DNA from: Lama guanicoe
Lineage: Eukaryota
Direction of reading: 5' to 3'
DNA: 28,650 nt
Assembly: GCA_013239625.1 (NCBI GenBank)
Contig: MU053482.1
Span: 5,159,775-5,188,424, forward strand
Part shown: positions 12,010-23,071 of the stretch, in pieces
Numbering within the stretch: the first letter of the stretch is position 1
How the letters are laid out: each line of letters opens with the position of its first letter
Program-made: the position numbers and the translations under genes
The notes under the pieces: model-generated
The model's input: the letters and a program-made list of their open reading frames with translations, nothing else
Databases searched by the model: none
Told to the model about the DNA's origin: nothing

Positions 12010-13625
12010 CATCACACCTCCTGATTTCAAACTATATTACAAAGCTATAGTCATCAAAATAGTATGGTACTGGCTTAAAAAGACACATAGATCAGTGGAA
12101 CATAAGAGAGAGAGAAGCCCACATATATGTGATCAATGAATTTACAACAAAGAAGCCAATAATACACAGGGAAGGACAGTCTCTTCAATAAATGATGCTG
12201 GGGAAACTGGAAAGCCACATGCAAAGGAATGAAACTGGGCCACTATCTTATACCATACACAAAAATTAACTCAAAATGAATTAAGGACTTGAATATAAGA
12301 CATAAAACTATAAAACTCCTAGAAGAAAACAGAGAGAGTAAGTTCTTGACATTGGTCTTGGCAATACTTTTCTGGATTTCACACCAAAAGCAAAGGCAAC
12401 AAAAGTAAAAAGAAATAAGTAGGACAAATCAAACTAAAAAGCTCTGCACAGCAAAGGAAACCGTCAACAAAATGAAAAAGCAACCTACCGAATGAAAGAA
12501 AATATTTGCAAATTATATATCTGACAAGGGGTTAGTATCTAAAATACCTAAAGAATTCATAAAGCTCAAAAGAAAAAACAAACCAGTTAAAAAACAGGCA
12601 GAGGAGCTGAATAGACATTATTTTCCCAAGAAGACATACAAATGGCCAACAGGTACATGAAAAGGTGCTCACGAATCATCAGGGAAATGGAAATTAAAAC
12701 CACAATGATATCACCTCGTATCTGTTGGAATCGTTATCATTAAAAAGACAAGTGATATCAAGCGCTGGCAAAGAAGGGAGAAAAGGGACCCTTGTACATT
12801 GTTGGTGGGAATGTAAACTGGTGCAGTCACAACAGAAAACAGTACGGAAGTTCCTCAGAACCTTAAAAACTGTACTACCATATAATCCAACAATCCCACT
12901 TCTGGGTATACAGCCAAAGGAAATGGAAACAGGGTATCAGAGAGATACCTGTACTCCCATGTTCATTGCAGCATCATTCACAATAGCCAAGCCATGGAAA
13001 AAACCGAAGTCTCCAACAAGGGTGAATGGATAAAACAGATACATACATACATACCTACATACATACATAGATATATAAATACATACATATAAATACATAC
13101 ATACACACAATGTGCTATTATTCGGCCACTAGAAAGAAGGAAACACTGCCATTTGCAACAACGTGGATAGAATCTGAGGGCATTATGCTAAGTGAAACAA
13201 GCCAGACAGAGGAAGACAAATAGTGCATGGTATCACTTATACGTGTAATCTTTGTTTAAAAAAAAATGTCAAACTGATAGAAACCGAGAGTAGAAAAGTG
13301 GCTGCCAGGGCTGGAGGTGGGGGAAATAGGATAAAGCTGGTAAAAGGGTATAAACATTAAGCTATAAAATGAAAAAAGTCTGAAGCTCTAATGTAAACCA
13401 TGATGACTATAGTCGATAACACTGTATTTTATTATTGAAATTTTCTAAAAGAGTAGAATTTTAATATCTCACCAAAAAAAGATAATAAGTAAGGTAGTGA
13501 GTATATTAATTAACTAGGTGATGAGAATTCCTTCACCATGCATGTGTACATCAAATCATCACAATGTACACTGTAAATATCTTACAATTTATTTATCAAT
13601 TATGCCTCAGTAAAGCTGAAAATAA
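12010..13625 (+). mobile_element. 5'-truncated L1MA9/10-like element (ORF2 C-terminus and 3' UTR) nested in the older L1 ORF1
   Basis: ORF 12725-13033 [10 protein letters not shown]...PLLGI.PK...PMFIAA.FTIAK matches the ORF2p C-terminal region; 3' end 'caattatgcctcagtaaagctgaaaa'. Confidence 0.92.
13039..13108 (+). repeat. Imperfect (ATAC)n microsatellite inside L1
   Basis: atacatacatacatacctacatacatacatag... read directly. Confidence 0.9.
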
Positions 13626-14514
13626 TGTATATGTAACATGGGGGGAACAAAAATAACTTGCCAGACACAATGCAGATGAGAAGACATCAGACAACATCTT
13701 TAAAAATACTTAAAGAAAATAAACCGTCAGTCTAGAATTCTATACCCAACAAAATTATTTTTCATCTTTCAAAAACAAAGATGAAATAGATTGTTTTCAG
13801 GTACTCAAAAGCAAAAAACAAATAAACAAAAAAAGTTTACCAACAGCAGGCCCATACTACAAGTAATATTAAAAGAAATTGTTCAGGCAGAACTTTCAGA
13901 TGAAAATATGGATCTGGACAAAGGGGAAAAAGCACTGTAAACGACAGCCACATAGGTAAATATGTAAGATCTTTCTCTTATTATATAAATTCCTGTAAAG
14001 GCAACTGACTCTTTAAACAAAGGTAATAAGTAGTTAATGTGGGTATTATAACATATGGAAAAGTAAAACTTATGACCACAATAGCACAAAGTTTAAGAGG
14101 AAAGAGATTGGAAGTGTACTATTGAAGAGTGTTTATATTATATACGAAGTGCTATCATATCACTTGAAGGCAGAATGTGATAAGTTACACATGGATATTA
14201 CAAACCCTAGAGCAACTTTTAAAATAACAAAAAGAGTTTAACTAGTAAACTAACACAAGAGACAAAATGGAATCACAAAACATGTTCAATTCATCCAAAA
14301 GAAGTTAGAAAGAGAAGGAAAAGGGAAGAAAGAAAGATGGACAAATGGGGAAAAAAAAAACGTAAGATGACAGATTTACACCAAACTATATTAGTAATCA
14401 TATTATATGTAAATGGTCTAATTGCCTTAATTAAAAGGCAAAACTTGTCAGGCTGGATTAAAAAAGTGTGAGGCCAAATTGTATGCTGTCTATGAAAAAC
14501 TGACTTCAAACATG
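13626..14514 (+). mobile_element. Host L1MC-like element, part 2: ORF1 C-terminus, spacer, ORF2 endonuclease start
   Basis: 'ctagaattctatacccaacaaaa' (RILYP.K) and 'tatgtaaatggtctaa...attaaaaggcaa...tgctgtctatgaaaaactgacttc' (NVNGL..IKRQ..CCLQETHF-like). Confidence 0.85.
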
Positions 14515-14515
14515 A

Positions 14516-14839
14516 AGAGCAGAGGTCACCTTCCATGGTCTTCTTGCCAGAGGAAAAATTTTCCTCTGAGTTTTTGCTGTCCAGATCTATGACAGTTCTA
14601 TAATTGGGGCCACCCTTGGGCTAAAGCTGGGAGTCAAACAAGGGAACAAAACCAGGAAATTCATTCCCATATTGATTGTTCTTCAAGATCTGACTTCCCT
14701 CCCCAATCTGAATATTTTTTAAAAAATTTTTTCAGTGTCTTCACGTTGTTTTTAAAACTTCCATTCAGAGTTATGAGTCGTAATCTATGGGAAATATAGG
14801 CTACAGTGGACCTGATCCATCCTGACCAGCACTGGAAGT
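14516..14839 (-). mobile_element. Old L1 5' end fragment (L1MC/MD-type), antisense
   Basis: Ends 'ataggctacagtggacctgatccatcctgaccagcactggaagt', the reverse complement of an L1 5' terminus. Confidence 0.65.
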
Positions 14840-14914
14840 TACAAATACCTTTCTAAGGCAGGCGAAGGTGATGAACATGACTTCAGCAGTGGCAGAGAAC
14901 CCTTAAACTGATAA

Positions 14915-15655
14915 ACTCATGAAAAAATACTAACACTCATTTATACTTACAGAAATCAAAGTTAATATGATAAAATTTGTACACATCAGTTTGTAGAATT
15001 GTTTTTATTATCTGATAACATCGAAAGTGGAAGAAGATATAAGGAAACAGGAACTCTTTTATATTTTAGGTAGAATTGGTATAAGCAATTTCCAGCCAAA
15101 GACATCACAGAGGTTAAAAGGACTGAGAGAACATCACATGAAAACTCCATAGGCACACATTTGAAAATCTACAGAAAACAGATAATTTCCTAATAAAATA
15201 AAAATTGCCAACATTAACCTAAGAAGAAGTACAAAGTTTGAATAGACCAATTATAAAAGTGGTTGAAAAATGATCAAACAATCTACCATTGAAAATGGCA
15301 CTACGTCCAAATGGATTTAGAACTGAATTTCATCTAAGCTACAGGAAAACTTATTATAATTCTATTTAAATTATTCCAAGCCACATAAAAATACAGAGTA
15401 TGCTCCAACTCATTTTTCTAGCAAACATTTTAATAATCAAATTGGTTAAAGACAGTACAAAACAAAGAAGATTGAGCTCACCCATTTATTTAGAAAGAAA
15501 AATTCTAAACAAAGTGTTAGCAGATAAAATGCAGCAATGTATAGAAATACCACATGACCAACTGCAGTTTATTTTAGAGATTCAAGGTTGGTACAAAAGG
15601 GTTCATCAGCATAATCCATTACATAAAGAAATCAAAGGAGAAACACTGTATGAAC
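14915..15655 (+). mobile_element. Old L1 ORF2 fragments
   Basis: ORF 15400-15660 KILNKVLADKMQQ..HDQLQFILEIQGWY resembles the ORF2p RT segment KILNKILANRIQQ..HDQVGFIPGMQGWF. Confidence 0.8.
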
Positions 15656-15699
15656 ATTGAGCTTCTATCATCATCTGTTCAAATGCTCAAGACTAGTAA

Positions 15700-15870
15700 G
15701 TATTAAGAAGCATGGCTGAGAGGGAGACCCCCTAACTATCTTTTAAGTCCCTGAATGATCAGCACTTCATTTGTCCTTCTTAAATACATAAGCCAATATA
15801 TTTTTCTTTTTCCTCCAGCTGGTTTGAGTTGGAATACTGTCACTTGCAGTCATGAGTACATATTAATACA
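15700..15870 (+). mobile_element. MLT1-like MaLR LTR 3' part
   Basis: 'agctggtttgagttggaatactgtcacttgcag...taataca' terminus. Confidence 0.65.
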
Positions 15871-15950
15871 AGCATCAAGAGAAAAATCACTTATAAAAAT
15901 GTTTATTCAATACGATAGTCACATACAAAATAGATATTTTAGAGTCAACA

Positions 15951-16106
15951 GAGCTCCTCCCCCTTCTGAGTAGGATGGCCTGTGCTCTGTCTACGGAGTG
16001 TATCTACTTTTATTTTAACCTGAGCACCCACACCCACACCTCGTGGCCTTTCTCTTGGCTTATGTAGCTCTCTACATAAATCTATCTCTACTCAAAAAAG
16101 TAAAGA
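15951..16106 (+). mobile_element. ERV LTR fragment ending in an A-rich tail (possible L1-mediated retrocopy)
   Basis: 'gctctgtctacggagtgtatct...cataaatctatctctactc' plus aaaaaagtaaaga; flanks tagagtcaaca / taaagtcaata. Confidence 0.45.
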
Positions 16107-16119
16107 TAAAGTCAATATA

Positions 16120-16765
16120 GAACATTCACACATTGCTGGTAGGAATGTAAAATAGTATAGCCACTCTGGAAAACAGCTGGGCAACTTCTCAAAAAGTTAA
16201 ACATAAAATTACCACACAACCCAATCATTCCATTCCTACATACCTACCCAAGAGAAATAAAAATACATGTCCACACAAAGACTTCACACAAAGGTGCATC
16301 GTAGCATTATTCCTAACAGTCCATAACTGAAAACAATCTAAATGTCCATTGCTGGTGAATGGATAGACAAAATGTGATATAAACATACAGTGGAATACTA
16401 TTTGGTAGTAAGAAGAAACAAACTATTAACACATGCTACGTCATAGATAAACCTCAAAAAAAATTGTGCTAAATGAAAGAAAGAGACACAAGAGACTACA
16501 TATTGTATGACTTATTTATATGAATTGTCCAGAAAACGTATAGAGACAAAAAGTAGATTAGTGTTCACCTGGGGCTGGGAATAAAAACTGGGGTTAACTG
16601 TAAACAGGCATGGACAATCCCCTGGAGGAAGGACAATATTCTAAAATTAACTTACGGTGTTTATTGCACCACTCAGTATATTACCAAAAATCATTGGCAT
16701 GTACACTTGAAATGGATGAATTCTACAGTACTGTAAAGTTCACCTTGATAAAGCTGCCAAAACAT
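16120..16765 (+). mobile_element. L1MB7/8-like 3' end
   Basis: 'cattgctggtaggaatgtaaaatagtatagccactctggaaaacag', 'aaaaatcattggcatgtacacttgaaatggatgaatt...gataaagctg'. Confidence 0.88.
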
Positions 16766-16774
16766 TTTAAAATA

Positions 16775-17520
16775 AAGCTAATAGATTTCTGATATACAAA
16801 CAATAATTAAGTAAAATATATGATAGGTGAAAACATTCCATTCACAACCATAGGAAATTATAAGTTATCTAGGAATAATGTAACAAGAAATGTTTGGAAC
16901 TTATTGGAAACGATAAAATTCTACTAAGACCAGTGAAGTTTGAATAAATGGAAAGAGATATCTTGTTTTTTAAAAGTAAATTTCACCATCATAAATTTTT
17001 CCTAACTTAAACTATAATTCAATGTATTCAATGTATTCACAATAAAAATCCCAGCATGATTTTATTAGAAGAAACTTGAAAAAATGATTCTCAAATTTAC
17101 CTAAAATTATAAACATGTGAGAATAGCCAGGAAAATCTTTAAAAGAACAAGAAATGGAAACATGTCATACAATACATTATTCCCATAAAGCTACAATCTT
17201 TAGAACAGTACATTAGAATTTATAGATATATCAATGTAATAGAATAAGAGTTGGTAAAGCGGCAAATAATATGCAAATTTAATATATTATAAATCAAATT
17301 TCAAAGCAAAGGGAGAAATATGGAATATTCAATACATGGTGTTTGGACTAGTGTCAAGTCATTTGGAAAAACATAAAGTATGATTCTGACCTCACTTCAC
17401 ATGCCAAAATACAATCCAGATGGATGTTATTTCTACAATAGCTAAGTAGAGAAGACTTTTCTAAGCATTCCACAAGGATCATTGTCTACAGAGAAAAGGT
17501 TGATAAATTGGATAGCATTT
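16775..17520 (+). mobile_element. Old L1 (L1ME-like) ORF2 continuation
   Basis: 'ttccattcacaa...tatctaggaataa', 'atgattctcaaattta...agaatagccaggaaaatc'. Confidence 0.75.
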
Positions 17521-17521
17521 T

Positions 17522-18345
17522 AGCTAATACTATTTGAGAGCTCACCCTGTACAATGCTTTTTTCTAAGCATTTTAAAACAAGTAACATTTAATCCACAAG
17601 ACAACCTTATGATGTAAGTACTAGTAGCAGCCCTATAAACAAACCTGTTTTATGCATAGCCTCATCATTTCTCAGCCTCACATATCTCCTGAACTCTTAG
17701 CCATTAGCTGTTTCACTCCCCATCTCAGCCAGACTTCATGCAGGCCCTTGTGATGCCCGAGGCTGGCCAACCACTCACCTGGAGTCCCTAGCTCTTCCCA
17801 CATCCTCCAGACTCAGATGAAATATGGCTCCTCGGGGTATGGGATCTGGCTGCCCACAACTGCCAAAGAGCCTGCTGATGCAACCCAGAAATGAAAGGAA
17901 GTTAGCTCCCAGTGGGACAAATGTTGACCCTCCAGGAGAAAACGGGAAGCTGGAGGAGAGAATCCCTCTCCTGCCTCCTACCCATTGACTGTTCTGAACC
18001 TATGCTGTCATTCAGCTTATCTGGAGGCACCTTGCATGGCTGAGAGACTCACCGGCTTTGCAACTGCTCCTACCTCTGTAGCTCGTCGTGAGACAGTGGC
18101 CAGGACAGTGCCATTGCCTTGCGCTGCTTCCCATACTGGCTGGCCTCACTTTCCTTTGCACTCCTTCTTGCTACCTTGGGACTACACCTCTCTTATATAG
18201 CATTAGCACTTAATCCTTGTCCCAATCTGTTTACCAGAGAATCTAGAGTAGAACATCCATGTTTTTCTCATGAGAAAACTCATAGAAAGGTAAAATTACT
18301 TGCCAAAGACCGTCCAGCTAGTTACTCACAAAGCTTGGATATTCA
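17522..18345 (-). mobile_element. MIR split by an LTR (pieces about 17522-17633 and 18256-18345)
   Basis: 'tttaatccacaagacaaccttatgatgtaagtact' resumes after the LTR as 'atgagaaaact...aggtaaaattacttgccaaag..cagctagt'. Confidence 0.65.
17640..18255 (+). mobile_element. ERVL solo LTR (LTR50/LTR16 family)
   Basis: 'gcaacccagaaatgaaaggaagttagctccc', 'gctcgtcgtgagacagtggccag', 3' end 'agcattagcacttaatccttg...gagaatctagagtagaaca'. Confidence 0.75.
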
Positions 18346-18399
18346 TTAATCTTACAGAATATAACTCCAAAAGAAAAAAAGCCCCAGAATAACAGCAAA

Positions 18400-20565
18400 C
18401 ACCATCCTTACTGTTGAACTATGGAGCACTGTATTTGGGAGTGGGACTTAGACAAGAATGCCTTATTCTACTTATTACCACCTCTGTTCAGTATTACACT
18501 GGAAATCCTAGACTATGCATCATGGCAAGCAAAAAGCCAAAAGAAACAGAATTGATATTACTCACAGATGTTATGATTGTATGTGTAGAAAACATTTTTG
18601 ATATATAAGTAAATTATTAGAATTAATAAAATATTACTGAATACAATGGGAAATACAAAAACCTCAATTATATTTTTATATACCAGCAACAAAACACAAA
18701 AATATAAATTCTGCTTTCAATAGCATAAAAAATAACCAGGAATAAATCTTACCAAAAATGGGCAAGACATTCTCAAAACCATAAAACATTATCAAGAGAA
18801 ATTAATAAGGATTACTCCCACACCAGAGAATTGTAAGATTCAATTATTATTATGATGTCACCTCTTCTCAAATTTATTCATAGATTCAATGAAACCTTAA
18901 AGTTCTAGGGATTTTTTTGTTTGGGAGGTATTTTGTGTGTGTGTGAAAAACGGGTGATCCAGGGTAACCAAAATACCCTTGAAGAGGAACAAATGAAGAG
19001 GGACTTGCTCTAACAGATGCTAAGCTACAGGAAATTCAATACTGTATTGACACAAAGGTTGACAAATAACGGAGAAGAATAGAAACTTGAATCAAACTCA
19101 CTCATAAAGAAAAAGGCCATAATGAACAATACACTCTTGGACCCTTACTTCACACTATACCTAAAATTAATTCTAGGTAGATCAAAGATGAAATGACAAA
19201 GGTAAAACTATATCACTTTTAGAAAATAATATATCTTTATTATTTCACAGTTGGAAAGGCTTTCTTAAACAAGATGCAAAAAGGAAAAAAACAGAAAAAA
19301 GTAGATAGGTTTCAAAAGATTTTTGATTTTCTTAAAACTTAGATCTTCAGTTAATCAAAGGAACTATAAAGAGAGAGAAAAACTTAGCCAAAAATTGGGA
19401 GAAGCTGTGGCAGCACCTATAATTACCAAAGATCTTATACCTAGAATACTGTATTTTTTCATTTCTAAAATGTAAGGGTTTTTTTCACATTTTCTCATCA
19501 CAGAAATAGGGTACATATCACAGCCAGTGGTGAGTTCTAATTTAATTGATGATGTTCCCTTTTTCAATGTAACATAAAATAGCCATACATTTTTAATCAA
19601 TGGCATCTTAGATTTGATGAAAAATTGCATATAAAGAATACTTGAGAATGATTAAATAAAAGATAACTCTAAAGAAAAACGGACAAATGACTTGAATAGA
19701 CACTTAATAAACAGACAACCAAAATGGTCATTAATTATGTGAAAAAAAAAAACTTAGCCTCATTAGAAGTCAGGTAAATGCAAGTTAATACTACAATGAG
19801 ATTCTACATATAGTCAAAAGTTTTTAAGTCTAACAATACCAAAGGTTGACAAAGATGTGAAGAAACAGGACCTCTCAACTACTGCTGGTAGAGAGTAAAT
19901 TGGTAAAACTACTTTGAAACACAATTTGGGTTACTTAATACATATAAACATGGGCAAACTGTATAATACAACAATCTCTCTCCTAGGCACATATCATAGG
20001 AAAACTTTTATACACTTATACCAGAAGATGTATATAAATTACTTATAATGCACTATTCATAATATAAAAAACTGGAAACAACACAAATGTCCATCAGCAG
20101 TCTGACAGATAAACAAATTGACTTATATCCAGGCAATGAAATATTATACATCCATGAAAATAAATGAACTACAGCTACATGCAACAACAATGAATGAATC
20201 TCATTAATATTACTGAATGAAAGTAGTCACAGAAAAGTGCATTCAGTATGATCCCTTTCATGTAAAGTTCAAAACAGTCAAAACTAAACATATTATTTGG
20301 GGATACCCAAATATGTGATGCAGGTATGAAGAAAAATAGGGCAATGATTGTCACAAAAATCAAGGTCATGGTTTCCTATGGAAGACTGAGAAGTGCTTGT
20401 GGTCCTGAAGGGACACAGACAGCTTCTGAGGTGCAGGAAATTTTGTATTTCTTAACTTGAGTAGAGGCTGCTCTGCTGTACATTTAATTATAATTCATTA
20501 AAATGTACACATTAATTTATATAATCATCTGTGTGTATGATAACATATCACAATATTTTAAAAAG
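18400..20565 (+). mobile_element. Old L1 (L1ME-like) RT through 3' UTR, split by MER104
   Basis: Decayed RQGC..LF.I.LE.L and L.DVMIV.VEN (FADDMIVYLEN-like) motifs at 18445-18595; L1ME-type 3' UTR. Confidence 0.85.
19449..19627 (+). mobile_element. MER104-like TcMar-Tc2 MITE
   Basis: ta|ctgtattttttcatttctaaaatg...tggcatcttagatttgatgaaaaattg; the host L1 reads through on both sides. Confidence 0.8.
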
Positions 20566-20571
20566 AAGAAA

Positions 20572-20785
20572 CCAAAAAGCAGATTGCAGATCAATATGAT
20601 CTCATTTAATTTTCATATTCATATATGTTAAGTGCTAATCAATAGAAAAACTCTGGATCAGTACATAAACTGCTTACTTTACGGGGTCTGATCTCTGGGG
20701 TTCTGGGTTATGAGTTTCTAAGATATTCATATTGTGTGCTGTTTTAATTTTTACAATAAGCACTTATTACTCTGTGATTAATTAC
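20572..20785 (+). mobile_element. L1ME4-like 3' UTR fragment
   Basis: 'atctctggggttctgggttatgag...tttttacaataagcacttattactctgtgatt'. Confidence 0.55.
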
Positions 20786-21601
20786 TTTGTAAGTAAAACT
20801 TTTAAACAACTAGCAAAATCATGCCAGGAATGTCCCAGGTATTAAGGCTAATCAACTTTCACCCAAATAACCCAAATTGAACACTTCCATAAATTGTTAT
20901 AGTCTTTACCGTATTGCCTGGGTTGCTAAGAATCATATTTCAAAGGCCAGTCAGAGCCCTTACAGAAAACCTGTTACACAAGCACAGCCAAGATTCTGGT
21001 GCTGACAATAACTCCAACTGCCGTCCCACCATCCCAGTTGGCTTTATCTGCTATAAATAATACTCAGCTTCTTCAGATACATTCCAGAGTCTTTTCCAAA
21101 TACAACAAAAGCCAAAGACATTCCAAAATTTACACAACCATCTTGTAGCTTTCCAAAGACACGGACACCAGGCAGTAGCAGGACAGTGGAAGGACGTGAC
21201 AAGCGCAAAATTTGTAAACATAGATTAAACCTCAGGCATCACCTCCAAGCTTAATCAGCTCTAAAATAAGAAAGAATCCCATCACCCCATCTCTAACTAT
21301 TTAATATACTGAGCTTTTCTAGCCCCTAAAAAAGTTCACCAATCGAGTTTGTATTAATAGTGCCTAATTCTACTTCATAACGACATCCTTGTCGTTTTCC
21401 TTTCCTTTTCTTTTTTAACTAAAGAACACCTATGCCAAACATTTTCTATTTGTAAGATACCAAACCCCATTCCTTGGTTCCCCTGAGTGTTAGCTATCTC
21501 AAATAACAGAGAGGAGCAACCATAGGCAACTGCAGTTTTTTATGGTTATTCTTTGTTGGAGGGGCTGGACGGGGAAGGGTTGGTTTTGTTTATTTGCGTA
21601 C

Positions 21602-21825
21602 CTCCCACCCACTCCCTGGCCAAGTGTTGGCCTGCCAGGTCCGGGGCCAGGTCACACTCCAGACCCCAGAAGCCAGGCCAGAAGTCACGTTCGCAGAAGG
21701 CGCCAAAGTTGTAGCGCAGCAAAGTCAGGGGCGGCCGTGGCCAAGACCAACCGGAGCAGCCAGAGCTCTGAGCAAGCCCCAGGGCCGGCAGCCACATGCA
21801 CAGCCACCATCCGGGTGAGGCTGGA
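21602..21825 (-). other. Candidate first exon of an unidentified minus-strand transcript (coding status uncertain)
   Basis: Non-repeat, about 11 CpGs in about 220 bp, ATGs at 21810 and 21797, donor GAG|GTACGC at 21602/21601. Transcription start inferred only. Confidence 0.45.
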
Positions 21826-21843
21826 ACTGGGTCCCAACTGCAG

Positions 21844-21895
21844 TTTTAATCATGACTGTTCTTTTACTTTTGACATTGGCTCTGAACCTTGCCCC
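21844..21895 (-). promoter_or_regulatory. Candidate proximal promoter: DR1, CCAAT box, TATA-like element
   Basis: Minus strand reads GGGGCA-A-GGTTCA (21895-21883), AGCCAAT (CCAAT 21879-21875) and ATTAAAA (21850-21844), in canonical order upstream of the candidate exon. Confidence 0.45.
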
Positions 21896-21912
21896 TTTCC
21901 CAGGGATTAGAC

Positions 21913-22295
21913 TAGTGGTGTCCTGGTAAATGTTTAGCAACAAGCTTTTGGGAGGGTGGAGGATGATTTGTAGCATTTGCCAATTTCCACGGTATAAATA
22001 TTCCAGAATGGATCATTTCAAGCTACTGACCTGAAGTCACTGAACACGGAGCTGGAAAGAGATGGGCAGTAGCACACCAACCACTGCGTAGTATTTTCAC
22101 CGCTCAGTGTCAAGATAGCAGTGAAATATAGTAAAATAGTTAGGAAGTGATGGGTTTTGAACTTCTAATATCTTTGTTCTTAGTATAATTTTTAAGTTTA
22201 TAAAATTTAATTTTTAATAATGGCTACATCTAATAACCAGCTCACAAAATTCCTGAAAATTTAACAATCAGCCCCTGTGAGCTGGCACACCACTG
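21913..22295 (-). mobile_element. MER63B-like hAT-Blackjack DNA transposon
   Basis: TIRs tagtggtgtcctgg / ctggcacaccactg; 8-bp TSD gattagac (21905-21912) / gattcaac (22296-22303). Confidence 0.9.
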
Positions 22296-22627
22296 GATTC
22301 AACCTGCCAAACTTTCTCATGGTTCTAATTTGAACTTAACTTCCCACAAAGACCTCTCTTGGCTCTTTATCACTGGGAGATACACATTCTGCACACTGGA
22401 CTCCATGGGGGCTCCCACCTCCGCACAAACAGGTACCTGCTTTCCTGACCTTTCACCCAGGCAGGGAAGTTCCCTGAAGACTTTATGCTATTTGCAGCTT
22501 TGGTCACTTCCCTCCTTCTCCCTTGAGTTAGAAAATAGGGGGTGGGGACGTGGAAATACCTATAACATTAAGCTTCAAACTAGTTATTTAGAAGTTATAA
22601 CAGTTAGTTATATTTTTTGATAAAAAC

Positions 22628-22836
22628 AGAAAGACAAGGGTCTTCATTCTTATTCTACTACTTATAAACTATAGGACGTGATTCAACCTGTCTTGAGATA
22701 CAGTATCCTCCTCAGTAAAATGGGAATTAGAACATCCTCATAGGTGGTTATGAAGATTAGATGCAACAATGTCTAGAAAATATCACAATGTCTAGAGTTG
22801 AGCAAGGGCTCAACACATGGCAACTGTTGATATTAC
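22628..22836 (+). mobile_element. MIR SINE
   Basis: 'cagtatcctcctcagtaaaatggga...cctcataggtggttatgaagattagatg'. Confidence 0.75.
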
Positions 22837-23071
22837 CTGTGTTTAAAGGCCAGTTTTATGCAGGTACACATACGATGCAACTCATGAAAGCTTAGAATAA
22901 TATCAGCTCTTGATTAACTAGCTCATAACCAAACCAAAATGTCTCCCCAAAACCACATTATTTCAATATGCACTGTCAAGTATTAAAATCAAGAATATGT
23001 TCTTCAGCCACCAAAAACACCCAACCTGCTTCTTCATACTAATGCGGTGGAGGGTGGAGGGTGGAGGGGCA

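Noticed and set aside
12725..13033. 102-aa ORF as a host gene
   Set aside because: It is an L1 ORF2p C-terminal remnant within a frameshifted, truncated element.
21542..21910. Plus-strand 122-aa and 74-aa ORFs
   Set aside because: They are low-information products of GC-rich DNA, and promoter motifs and codon pattern favour the minus strand. A + strand donor-like CGG|GTGAGG near 21814 means this is not fully excluded.
23045..23070. G-quadruplex candidate (ggtggag)n
   Set aside because: There are only three runs of three or more G, so it does not meet the canonical pattern.
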